Source: a virus
DNA length: 64,000 nucleotides
IMG/VR virus record: IMGVR_UViG_3300034072_000578
Location: 32,001-96,000 of that record
Reading direction: 5' to 3' (one strand)
The first letter of the stretch is position 1, and each line of letters begins with the position of its first letter. A model generated the notes under the pieces. The model did not search any database. It worked only from the letters and a program-made list of their open reading frames with translations, and was not told the DNA's origin. Positions 9,961-17,983 of this stretch are shown in pieces. Position numbers and translations under genes: made by a program.

Positions 9961-10608
9961 TTATCTCTTTTCTAAAAATAGAATGTGGTAGAGGGCTTTA
10001 CCGAAATCGGAATAGCCATCTGAAAACTTATAATCATGATCGGCGGCTACCTTAAGCAGAAGGTCTTCCACTTCGTCGGCTTCATCTAGTTCAAGTCTAA
10101 TCTTGATCGTTCTATGGGTGTCTTCTTTTTCTTCGACTTCTCTAACGCCTTCCTCTAGCATTTCCTCTAGTTCGGTATCCTCTGGCGTTAATTCGAATAG
10201 TTCCCCGTCTGGTAGGGTAGCGTCTAGGCTGTCTAGGTCCATTTCCGCTAGGAGCTTGTCTAGTAGCTCTTTGTCGTCTTCACCGTATCTGGTGTTATCA
10301 ATTAGGCCAATCTCTTTTGCGCGGTCTTCTGAGACTTTCCCTAGATTTAGAACGGGAACTTCTTCCCAACCCAATTCCTTTACCGCTTCGTTGCGGTGAT
10401 AGCCGCCTAGGATTTCTAATGTTCCATCGGCTAGTTCTCTAACTACAATGGGTTTAAACGCCCCGTGTTTCGTAAGTGATTGCTTTAGTTTCTCAAATGC
10501 TGCCCTGCCTACCTTATTCGAGTTCCAAGGATTAGGGGCTAGCTTGAAGGGATTAATATGTAATAGTTCCATTGACTTTTTGTTCTTTCTTGCTATAAAA
10601 ATCGTCAT
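9961..10608 (-). CDS. ParB/Srx N-terminal-domain protein
   Basis: 'PNPWNSN...LKQSL..HG..KPIVVR...ILGGYHRNEA' ParB-N signature. Confidence 0.8.
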   Translation of the reverse strand: MTIFIARKNKKSMELLHINPFKLAPNPWNSNKVGRAAFEKLKQSLTKHGAFKPIVVRELADGTLEILGGYHRNEAVKELGWEEVPVLNLGKVSEDRAKEIGLIDNTRYGEDDKELLDKLLAEMDLDSLDATLPDGELFELTPEDTELEEMLEEGVREVEEKEDTHRTIKIRLELDEADEVEDLLLKVAADHDYKFSDGYSDFGKALYHILFLEKR

Positions 10609-10630
10609 TATTTAACAGAAACATGGAATT

Positions 10631-12079
10631 ATGTCAAAACTTATCACTATTGCTAGCAATGCTTTTACCTCCAAGCTATTAGATGCTGACGTTAACGCTA
10701 TGGAAGTTGTTAGCGACATTGTTAGCTACTACGTGAAGGGCTACGAAAACACCTACTCTTACAAGAACCAAACTTGGAACGGTAAATCGACAATGTTCGA
10801 TTGGCATACCGCTTCCTTCCCTAGGGGCTTTTTAAGCGCCGTGAACGCTAGGTTGACGCAAGAGGGGTATCAGGTCCGTAACCTAGCTAAATCGCTTCCA
10901 GAACCGCTAGGAAAGCTCCCTAGGACGCTTGGCGGGTTCGAATACACAGACAAGTATGATTACCAGTGGAAACTAGTCCGTAAGCTAGAAGAAACTGGTA
11001 TGATGATCGCCCGTTTAGCTACTGGCGCTGGTAAGACTTTCGCAGCAGCTTTATGCTACACCAAGATCAAACGGCCCACCCTGATCCTGACTAAGCGGAC
11101 TCCGCTGCTACACCAGTTCGTAGAGCGCCTTGAGACTTTCGGCTACAAAGCTGGAACAATCGGTGATAGTCAGATGGACATTAACCCCGAAATCACCGTA
11201 GCTATGGCTCAGACGCTGGAGAACAGACTTCATGAACCGGCTATTCAGGAATATTTAAAGTCGGTCGAATTCATCATCGGCGAAGAAGCTCATGAGATTA
11301 GCGACGACTCTTACTGGAATGTAGTAAAATCATGTCCTAATGCCTATTACAAGCTGGCTCTTACCGCTACTCCTTTCATGAAGGACGTAGGCGAAGCTAA
11401 TATGAAGCTGCTAGGGGCTTTTGGTCCTGTCGGCATTAACGTTTCTGAGAAGCTTCTAATTGACCGTGGCGTAAATGCCACACCTAAGATCAAATTTACT
11501 ACCTATTCTCCACCAGCTAAGTGCAAATATAATAGCAACTATCAGAAGGCAGTGGAGTTTGGAATAACTCATTGCGAAAGTCGTAATAAAGCTATCCTAG
11601 AAAACGCACTAGAAGCTCATAAGAGAGGGTTGCCTGTCTTAACGCTAATTGCTAGACAGGATCACGGCAAGGTTCTAGAAGCAATGTTCCTAGCCGCTGG
11701 CATCAGGACTAAGTTCATCTTTGGGGAAAGCACTCGCAAGAAGCGTCGTGAAGCTCTAAAGGAACTAGCCGAGGGTAAGATTGACGCACTAATAGGATCA
11801 ACAATCCTAGACGTAGGCGTTGACGTTCCCATGATCGGCGTTCTAATTATCGCTGGTGGCGGAAAAGCCGAGGTAGGATACAGGCAGCGAATTGGCCGTG
11901 GCCTTCGCAGCAAACCTACCGGACCAAACATATGCTTCGTAGTGGACTTTCTGGACGATCATAACGTCCATCTTCATGACCACTATAGAGAGCGTTATAA
12001 GATCGTCCGTGACACACCCGGCTTTAGTGAGAATTTGCTAGGGATGCACGAACAGCTAGATTGGAGTATATTTGATTAA
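10631..12079 (+). CDS. superfamily 2 DNA helicase
   Basis: 'ATGAGKT', 'EEAH', 'LTATP', 'GVDVP' and 'QRIGRGLR' motifs. Confidence 0.9.
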   Translation: MSKLITIASNAFTSKLLDADVNAMEVVSDIVSYYVKGYENTYSYKNQTWNGKSTMFDWHTASFPRGFLSAVNARLTQEGYQVRNLAKSLPEPLGKLPRTLGGFEYTDKYDYQWKLVRKLEETGMMIARLATGAGKTFAAALCYTKIKRPTLILTKRTPLLHQFVERLETFGYKAGTIGDSQMDINPEITVAMAQTLENRLHEPAIQEYLKSVEFIIGEEAHEISDDSYWNVVKSCPNAYYKLALTATPFMKDVGEANMKLLGAFGPVGINVSEKLLIDRGVNATPKIKFTTYSPPAKCKYNSNYQKAVEFGITHCESRNKAILENALEAHKRGLPVLTLIARQDHGKVLEAMFLAAGIRTKFIFGESTRKKRREALKELAEGKIDALIGSTILDVGVDVPMIGVLIIAGGGKAEVGYRQRIGRGLRSKPTGPNICFVVDFLDDHNVHLHDHYRERYKIVRDTPGFSENLLGMHEQLDWSIFD

Positions 12080-12580
12080 ATGTTAATAGGCTTATGTGGT
12101 ATGCCTAGGTCCGGTAAGACCGAGGTTAAGAAAATTTTAGAAGAGGTATATGGGTTCTATACCCTAGATACCAAACAAGTGTTACGCGAAATGGCCGCTA
12201 AACTAACCGGCCTAAGTCCAGATGACTTTATCACCCAAGAGCAAAAACAGACTCTGTTCGAAGGCGTCGAACGTAGGAAGATCATGGGTGAGATTGGCAA
12301 TGTAGCGGAAAAGCTATGGGGCGACTCCTACATGATCGAACGGGAACTTAAAAACCCCGCCTTTTATGAAGGTAAACGCATCGTAGTGGACGCCCTACGC
12401 AAGGAACAGCCTAGAGACTTCCCCGGCTACGTCTTTCAGGTAATTAGCAATAGAGCCATTGATACAGGTAATTCCTTCGATGACTTCTATAAAGGCCGGA
12501 ACGATGGTATCATCATCAACGATGGTAGCTTAGATGACCTAAGAGACACCGTTGAAAGAGCGATTAGAAGATATCTTTAA
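12080..12580 (+). CDS. deoxynucleoside monophosphate kinase
   Basis: N-terminal 'LIGLCGMPRSGKT', 'IVVDALR', C-terminal 'IINDGSLDDL'. Confidence 0.75.
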   Translation: MLIGLCGMPRSGKTEVKKILEEVYGFYTLDTKQVLREMAAKLTGLSPDDFITQEQKQTLFEGVERRKIMGEIGNVAEKLWGDSYMIERELKNPAFYEGKRIVVDALRKEQPRDFPGYVFQVISNRAIDTGNSFDDFYKGRNDGIIINDGSLDDLRDTVERAIRRYL

Positions 12581-12591
12581 GAAGGGTTTAC

Positions 12592-12873
12592 ATGGGCGAC
12601 GAAACTGATAAAAAGCAACCACCAGAACGCAGCGCGGTCTTTTCCACGACTGACGGGAAGAAAGTAAGAATTGAGTTTGACAAGGTTTTCTCTTACGTAG
12701 GTAAGACCAAAAATCATAGCACAACTATTGAATATGGTTATAGTTACGAAAAAGAAAGTCGCGAGACATTCATTTTAGATATTGACTTTGATGAATTCGA
12801 TGATAAACTCACAACTTATCAAAAAGAATTAAGAGATTATTACAGAGAGTTTGAAACAAGCTCTTCGTATTGA
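12592..12873 (+). CDS. hypothetical protein
   Basis: 93-aa ORF with RBS, co-oriented with the operon. Confidence 0.55.
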   Translation: MGDETDKKQPPERSAVFSTTDGKKVRIEFDKVFSYVGKTKNHSTTIEYGYSYEKESRETFILDIDFDEFDDKLTTYQKELRDYYREFETSSSY

Positions 12874-12951
12874 TGCGGGATAGTAGCAGTCTGGTAGCTC
12901 GCCACTCTCATAAGGTGGAGGTCGAGGGTTCAAATCCCTCTCCCGCATCCA
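12874..12951 (+). tRNA. tRNA-Met(CAT), initiator-like scaffold
   Basis: Cloverleaf with CTCATAA loop and encoded CCA; D and T arms resemble tRNA-fMet, but the GGG/CCC anticodon stem is absent. Confidence 0.85.
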
Positions 12952-12958
12952 GATTTTC

Positions 12959-13034
12959 GGGGAAGTAGCTCAGTTGGATAGAGCAAAGCCACTTTAGGGC
13001 TTGTGCGTTGGTTCGAGTCCAACCTTCCCCACCA
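12959..13034 (+). tRNA. atypical tRNA (loop ACTTTAG; Lys-TTT by position)
   Basis: Perfect cloverleaf with CCA, but C at position 33. Confidence 0.7.
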
Positions 13035-13068
13035 CAGTTAAACAACTTAGTAACGACTAAAGTATATG

Positions 13069-13250
13069 CCCGTCTTGCTAAGGTATCTATGGACAACTGC
13101 TGATGCACGTTAAATCCCTGAGGCAAGGGTTTGCAGAGGTCATAGGTTTATTTGTTTGTGACGGGAGATTACCACTCAGAAGCTACGGCTTGCTGCGGTA
13201 ATGATACCACCGGGTTTACGGTCATCCTGCTTATAGCAAAAACCGGCAAG
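13069..13250 (+). ncRNA. unknown structured RNA(s) in tRNA spacer
   Basis: Nested pairings CCCGTC/GACGGG, CTATG/CATAG, CTGC/GCAG, AAATCCCT/AGGGTTT, then ATTACC/GGTAAT and CCGG hairpins; no ORF. Confidence 0.45.
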
Positions 13251-13269
13251 TTTTAGCCTTAAAGGCTTT

Positions 13270-13347
13270 CGGGAATTAGCGCAGTCTGGTCAGCGTGTGC
13301 CCTTTGGAGGGGTGAGGTCGTAGGTTCGAATCCTACATTCCCGACCA
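13270..13347 (+). tRNA. tRNA-Pro(TGG)
   Basis: Cloverleaf, loop TTTGGAG, CCA. Confidence 0.9.
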
Positions 13348-13418
13348 TTTACAGCTACGGCTGCTTGGGTGAGCAAAACAAATACCTTGGAACTTTGGCT
13401 AGTTCCTAAAAGCTCAAT

Positions 13419-13504
13419 GCGGGATTGGTGGAACTGGATATACACATATGCCTTAGAAGCATACGCCGAAAGGATTGAGAGTTCGAGTCTCTCATCCCGC
13501 ACCA
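13419..13504 (+). tRNA. tRNA-Leu(TAG)
   Basis: Class II cloverleaf, loop CTTAGAA, CCA. Confidence 0.92.
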
Positions 13505-13555
13505 GTTTATTTTAATAAGAAACTATGTTATTATCCTCACAAACGAGGTAATAAC

Positions 13556-14110
13556 ATGGACAGATCAAAATTCTATTCTACGGTAAGAGCTAAACTAGGC
13601 TCTCTTACACAATCACAAATCAATGGCTTTGAGACAGTGCTAGATGCGCTAGAGGGTCAACCTCTTTCGCACAGAGCGTATTCGCTCGCAACTGCTTGGC
13701 ATGAAACCAATAAAACTATGCTCCCTGTTGTCGAAGCCTATTGGCTTTCGGAAGCATGGCGTAAGAAGAACTTAAGATACTATCCTTGGCATGGTCGCGG
13801 TTATGTTCAATTAACATGGGAATATAACTACAAGAGAGCAGATAAAGAACTTGGTCTAAAAGGGACTTTACTTGCTAATCCTGATCGTGCTATGGAACCT
13901 AAGATTGCTGCTAAGGTTATGCGCCTAGGTATGGATGAGGGATGGTTTACTAACGTAAAGCTATCTGACTGCCTACCAATGAGAGGCGTAGCTACTAGAG
14001 CGCAATACATGAAAGCAAGAACAATCATCAATGGATCGGATAAAGCCGACCTAATTGAAGATTATGCGCAGGTGTTCGAAAGAGCGCTTCGTGATGGAGG
14101 TTTAGTATAA
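13556..14110 (+). CDS. glycoside hydrolase family 19-type endolysin
   Basis: 'ATAWHET' and 'GRGYVQLTWEYNY' GH19 motifs; start MDRSK with GAGG RBS. Confidence 0.85.
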   Translation: MDRSKFYSTVRAKLGSLTQSQINGFETVLDALEGQPLSHRAYSLATAWHETNKTMLPVVEAYWLSEAWRKKNLRYYPWHGRGYVQLTWEYNYKRADKELGLKGTLLANPDRAMEPKIAAKVMRLGMDEGWFTNVKLSDCLPMRGVATRAQYMKARTIINGSDKADLIEDYAQVFERALRDGGLV

Positions 14111-14167
14111 TGAGTAGTTGTAGAACAAGAGATATTCCAGACCAGCAATGGGGTGGATAATCTATAT

Positions 14168-14249
14168 CCCCTAGTAACAACGGCGGCTACGAACCGCTAG
14201 TAACGTAACTGGATTGAAAATGCAGGTTCGAATCCTGTCTAGGGGTCCA
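14168..14249 (+). tRNA. tRNA-Arg(ACG)-like RNA lacking a D-arm
   Basis: Acceptor CCCCTAG/CTAGGGG-T-CCA, anticodon arm GGCGG-CTACGAA-CCGCT and canonical T arm; D-arm replaced by 7 nt; 23-nt variable region. Confidence 0.65.
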
Positions 14250-14258
14250 TTTTAATAA

Positions 14259-14333
14259 CGGCGTGTAGCATAACGGTTAGTGCATCCCACTGATAATGGG
14301 CAGATGGAAGTTCGATTCTTCCCTCGCCGACCA
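14259..14333 (+). tRNA. tRNA-Ile(GAT)
   Basis: Cloverleaf, loop CTGATAA, CCA. Confidence 0.88.
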
Positions 14334-14393
14334 ATTTAAACTGTCCTCATTTGGCCAGTTATGACGAATTACGGGACTTAATTGTCCATATAT

Positions 14394-14467
14394 GGCCGGT
14401 TACGTTAATAGTAAACTACCCTCCTTACAAGTGGGGATCAGCGGGGCAGAACCGCTACTGGCTACCA
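14394..14467 (+). tRNA. tRNA-Val(TAC), atypical T-loop
   Basis: Loop CTTACAA and CCA; T-loop is GGCAGAA instead of TTCRAAY. Confidence 0.7.
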
Positions 14468-14473
14468 TTTATT

Positions 14474-14881
14474 ATGACATACAAAATAACAAACTGTAAT
14501 TATTGCAATGTAGAATTCAGATATTGTGATTCGAAAAGAACTGGTAAGTTTTGTTCTAACCAGTGTTTTCAAGATCATAGATATGAATTCGTTACTAGGC
14601 CGAATATTCTTTTAGGTTTGACGGACGCCAAACAATTAAGAGATAGACTTCTAAAAGATACTCCTTATTGCTCAGAGTGTGGAGTAGGAGAGTTTTGGGA
14701 AGGTAAGAAGTTATCATTACAGATCGATCATTTTGATGGCGATAGTGATAACAACGCCCCTTATAACTTAAGAGTTTTGTGTCCTAATTGTCATTCTCAG
14801 ACTGATAATTATGGGATTAAAAATAAAGGATCGTCATCTAGACGTTCTAAATATCTAAAAGAATATAAATCTAATTACTAA
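14474..14881 (+). CDS. HNH endonuclease
   Basis: 'CSECG...LQIDHFDGDSDNNAPYNLRVLCPNCHSQT'; start at MTYK after the tRNA. Confidence 0.85.
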   Translation: MTYKITNCNYCNVEFRYCDSKRTGKFCSNQCFQDHRYEFVTRPNILLGLTDAKQLRDRLLKDTPYCSECGVGEFWEGKKLSLQIDHFDGDSDNNAPYNLRVLCPNCHSQTDNYGIKNKGSSSRRSKYLKEYKSNY

Positions 14882-14954
14882 TTTCAGGGTGACTAGCTTA
14901 GGTTGGTTATAAAGAAGGCTAGTTTTAAAGTTCGCCTCCACCGATTAATTCATT

Positions 14955-15044
14955 GGATCATTGGGCGAGTGGTTTATGCCGTGTCCCTGCTAAGGACATG
15001 CACCTTAACCGGTGCCGTTGGTTCGAATCCAACATGATCCGCCA
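14955..15044 (+). tRNA. tRNA-Ser(GCT)
   Basis: Class II cloverleaf, loop CTGCTAA, GCCA end. Confidence 0.92.
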
Positions 15045-15071
15045 GTTTAACACTAATAAGAGTATCTAATA

Positions 15072-15323
15072 ATGCGTATCTATTTTGCCGCTAGCAACAA
15101 TGGTGATGGTTCTTCAAGCGTCCATTTCTTCGAAAGTAAGAAGTGTATCGACCTTTTAGAAGAGCATGACCTAGAAGGATATGGCGGTTGCGAAGGTGGC
15201 GACTGGATGGATATTGACGGTTCTGTTACTGGAATTAATATCGAAACTTTAGAAGAAGTAGTTGACTACCTAGTTGACTACGGCTATATAGATGAAGAAG
15301 ACGCAGAGCGTCTAAAAGCTTAA
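15072..15323 (+). CDS. hypothetical acidic protein
   Basis: 83-aa ORF between tRNAs. Confidence 0.6.
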   Translation: MRIYFAASNNGDGSSSVHFFESKKCIDLLEEHDLEGYGGCEGGDWMDIDGSVTGINIETLEEVVDYLVDYGYIDEEDAERLKA

Positions 15324-15330
15324 AAGACAT

Positions 15331-15413
15331 GCTAGTGTCGCATAGTGGTCCATTGCACCGATCTTGTAAGTCGGAATTCCAGATCGTGGGTTCGAATCCC
15401 ACCACTAGCTCCA
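15331..15413 (+). tRNA. tRNA-Thr(TGT)
   Basis: Loop CTTGTAA, CCA; enlarged variable region. Confidence 0.85.
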
Positions 15414-15470
15414 TTAATAATTAAGGCCGGAACACTACGGTAAAGAGCTTCGATAGAAGCTTGCCTTAAT

Positions 15471-15547
15471 GGGGAATTAGCTCATTTGGGTAGAGCGTCG
15501 CACTTGCACTGCGAAGGCAAAGAGTTCGAACCTCTTATTCTCCACCA
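15471..15547 (+). tRNA. tRNA-Ala(TGC)
   Basis: Loop CTTGCAC, G3.U70, CCA. Confidence 0.92.
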
Positions 15548-15558
15548 GATTAAATAAC

Positions 15559-15655
15559 GGAAGTATGGCAGAGTCTGGTTTATCGCGCTCGCCTTGAAAG
15601 CGAGAGTGGGCCTTAAACAAGTCCACCGTGGGTTCGAATCCTACTGCTTCCTCCA
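15559..15655 (+). tRNA. tRNA-Ser(TGA)
   Basis: Class II cloverleaf, loop CTTGAAA, CCA. Confidence 0.92.
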
Positions 15656-15661
15656 GAATAC

Positions 15662-15737
15662 GGGTCGGTAGCTCAGTTGGTAGAGCATGGGGCTGAAAAT
15701 CTCAGTGTCGAGAGTTCAATTCTCTCCCCTCCCACCA
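15662..15737 (+). tRNA. tRNA-Phe(GAA)
   Basis: Loop CTGAAAA, CCA; two acceptor-stem mismatches. Confidence 0.85.
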
Positions 15738-15788
15738 TTTACAACTTCGGTTGCTCGGACTTGCCACAGTCCTTTCAAAATTCCTAAC

Positions 15789-15862
15789 GCGGGCTTGGCG
15801 TAGTGTTAGCGTGTCTGGCTTCCAACCAGAAGGCAAGAGTTAGATTCTCTTAGTCCGCACCA
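15789..15862 (+). tRNA. tRNA-Gly(TCC)
   Basis: Loop CTTCCAA, CCA; T-loop TTAGATT. Confidence 0.82.
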
Positions 15863-15880
15863 TAATTAAATACGGCACTT

Positions 15881-16372
15881 ATGACAGAATTAGATAGGTT
15901 TTTATCTTATATTTTAGTTTCTGAAACAAACTGTTGGGAATGGCAAGGCGCTTTAAGTGAAAAGGGCTATGGCGTTTTCAACATGGGTTCTAGAAAAGAA
16001 GGTAATAAAAGAACTATAAGAGCGCACCGATATTCTTATATGAAATATAAAGGCGAATTGGGCGAACTTCTAGTCTGTCATAAGTGCGACAACAGAAAGT
16101 GTTGCAATCCAGATCATCTTTTTTTAGGAACTGATGAGGATAACATTAGGGATATGTGGGCTAAGGGTAGGCAACCTCCACCTTTAGTCCAACTAGGGTC
16201 AGCAAATAATAATGCCATCTTGGATGATGTTAAAGTCGCTAAAATCAAATCTCTACTAGATACTTTTAACAATAAAGAATTAGGCGCTATGTTTGGCGTC
16301 AAGCATTCAACTATATCCAAAATAAGAACGGGTAGAACTTGGGTGCATGTTCAGGGATCGTCTAATGGGTAG
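15881..16372 (+). CDS. HNH endonuclease with C-terminal HTH
   Basis: 'CWEWQG...AHRYSY...VCHKCDNRKCCNPDHLFLGT..DN'; the stop codon lies inside tRNA-Gln. Confidence 0.9.
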   Translation: MTELDRFLSYILVSETNCWEWQGALSEKGYGVFNMGSRKEGNKRTIRAHRYSYMKYKGELGELLVCHKCDNRKCCNPDHLFLGTDEDNIRDMWAKGRQPPPLVQLGSANNNAILDDVKVAKIKSLLDTFNNKELGAMFGVKHSTISKIRTGRTWVHVQGSSNG

Positions 16373-16425
16373 GACAACTGGTTTTGATCCAGTTAATAGG
16401 GGTTCGAGTCCCTTTCCCTGATCCA
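16351..16425 (+). tRNA. tRNA-Gln(TTG)
   Basis: Loop TTTTGAT, CCA. Confidence 0.88.
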
Positions 16426-16435
16426 ATTCAAATAC

Positions 16436-16509
16436 GGGCTATTCGTTTAATGGTAGGACGCTGGATTGTCTATCCGGCAGCAGGGGTTCGATTCCCCTAT
16501 AGCTCGCCA
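16436..16509 (+). tRNA. tRNA-Asp(GTC)
   Basis: Loop TTGTCTA, GCCA end. Confidence 0.9.
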
Positions 16510-16630
16510 TTTGTCAGAAGGGGCGCTAATCCCTTCGCCGCTCCCTAACCGGTTATTAGGTGTTAGGGTGAGCTAGTGGAGTGAGTGGCGCTAGCAATAA
16601 CTAAAGGAAGACGTTCCTACCACAAACTAT

Positions 16631-16707
16631 CGATGGCGTAGTGTAAACGGTGAACATGGCGGATTGTGATTCCGCAGTTGAGGGTTCGAATCCCTCCGTC
16701 ACGACCA
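16631..16707 (+). tRNA. tRNA-His(GTG)
   Basis: Loop TTGTGAT, ACCA end, no G-1. Confidence 0.85.
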
Positions 16708-16722
16708 AATACAGGATTAATT

Positions 16723-17130
16723 ATGAAGAGTTTTGACGAACTAAAGCAAGAACGTAACGAGCAACGATTAACAGGCTTACTAAACCAGCTTGTTTATTTC
16801 GATGAACGATTAGATGGTGCCATTAAAGCCCACGAAAAGAAGATGGATGAGCTTTATTTTCTCGAAGAAGAACTAAAGCAACTAACAGCTAACCCTTCTC
16901 TCCTAACGCAGGAGCAGGTCTCAGCTATTATTGAGAAGCTTAATAAGTTAATCTATGCCACAGGCGGGATCGTTTCTGGTAATCATATTATAGGTGGCTC
17001 TATTACCGCAGACAAGATTGTAGCCCATTCTATTTGTGCAACGAATTTGTCGGATTGGCGTAACGCATCAAGCTCAGTAACAATTGCTGGCGGACAGGTA
17101 GCAAGTAACACTATTTCAACTACTAGATAA
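16723..17130 (+). CDS. hypothetical coiled-coil protein
   Basis: Start MKSFD with AGGA RBS. Confidence 0.6.
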   Translation: MKSFDELKQERNEQRLTGLLNQLVYFDERLDGAIKAHEKKMDELYFLEEELKQLTANPSLLTQEQVSAIIEKLNKLIYATGGIVSGNHIIGGSITADKIVAHSICATNLSDWRNASSSVTIAGGQVASNTISTTR

Positions 17131-17137
17131 TCAACTT

Positions 17138-17212
17138 AGGGGTGTAGTATAATGGCTATTACAGTCGACTCCAAATCCTCAGATCAGGGTTCGATTCCCT
17201 GCTCCCCTGCCA
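17138..17212 (+). tRNA. tRNA-Trp(CCA)
   Basis: Loop CTCCAAA, GCCA end; two anticodon-stem mismatches. Confidence 0.82.
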
Positions 17213-17229
17213 TTTATAAGAGAATTTAA

Positions 17230-17535
17230 ATGAGCTTAGAAAAAGTATTAGAAATTTACAATGAAGACAGTTGGGGTCTAGAAGACTATATTGTCGATAA
17301 GACTGACTCCGATTGGGTTCAGGATCATAAATACCAGTATCGTTCCTACATTATCAAGTATGAGGACGGCAAGTTTTACCAGATCAACGAAAGCCGTTCC
17401 GGCTCTTATCATTCGGATTGGTATTACAACCCAGCAGAGATTTTCGAAGTCGAAAGACAAGAAAAAGTAGTTACTAAGACAGAAATCACTTGGCATATGG
17501 TCGGTGATCGTGTAGAGAGTAAAGATCGCTGGTAA
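17230..17535 (+). CDS. hypothetical phage protein
   Basis: 101 aa, 'SRSGSYHSDWYY' motif seen in phage hypothetical proteins. Confidence 0.65.
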   Translation: MSLEKVLEIYNEDSWGLEDYIVDKTDSDWVQDHKYQYRSYIIKYEDGKFYQINESRSGSYHSDWYYNPAEIFEVERQEKVVTKTEITWHMVGDRVESKDRW

Positions 17536-17545
17536 TAAGAATTTT

Positions 17546-17621
17546 TGGCTAGTAGCTTAACCGGTAAAGCCACTCACTGTTAATGAGTCAGATGCAGGTT
17601 CGACCCCTGCCTAGTCAGCCA
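17546..17621 (+). tRNA. tRNA-Asn(GTT)
   Basis: Loop CTGTTAA, GCCA end. Confidence 0.9.
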
Positions 17622-17623
17622 GA

Positions 17624-17848
17624 ATTAGTAAGCGAAGAAGTAAACGCTAGTAGAAAGCATGTGACCTACAGCATGTTAGTAGATAGCGCGGGGCAACAGC
17701 CTTAGAGTTTAATTAGTCAGTTCCTGAACCAAGAGCGTCGGAACTAAGTGGAAAGAAGCCTGTAGGAGGCGCATCGCCGCAATGCTAATTAAGACCCGTT
17801 GAACAGCCGACTATATCGATTAGGCTTCGGCATTCTTCGCTTACTAAT
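17624..17848 (+). ncRNA. unknown ~225-nt multibranched RNA
   Basis: Perfect 16-bp terminal helix ATTAGTAAGCGAAGAA/TTCTTCGCTTACTAAT, plus internal helices (TTAATTAG/CTAATTAA, AGTTCC/GGAACT, GCCT/AGGC). Confidence 0.65.
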
Positions 17849-17877
17849 AACAATCCCTAATAAGGGTTTATTTAATC

Positions 17878-17954
17878 GGGGCCATCGTCTATGTGGCTAG
17901 GATAGTTGGTTTTCACCCAGCAGAACCGGGGTTCGATGCCCGGTGGCCCCACCA
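17878..17954 (+). tRNA. tRNA-Glu(TTC)
   Basis: Loop TTTTCAC, CCA. Confidence 0.88.
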
Positions 17955-17983
17955 TTCCCCACTAACAACATTGAGTAGCAAAC

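Noticed and set aside
13095-13140. Hammerhead or pistol ribozyme
   Set aside because: CTGATGC deviates from the CUGAUGA core, and no matching GAAA or pseudoknot was found.
12908-13502. Minus-strand ORFs 12908-13126 and 13290-13502, and similar ORFs at 17893-18081, 25903-26777, 27029-27316, 48657-48845 and 49589-49789
   Set aside because: They overlap tRNAs or structured RNAs and have no coding signature; the RNA genes explain the sequence.
17624-17848. RNase P or tmRNA identity for the 225-nt RNA
   Set aside because: No GAGGAAAGUCC P4 signature, no Ala-type acceptor/T arm and no tag reading frame were recognised.
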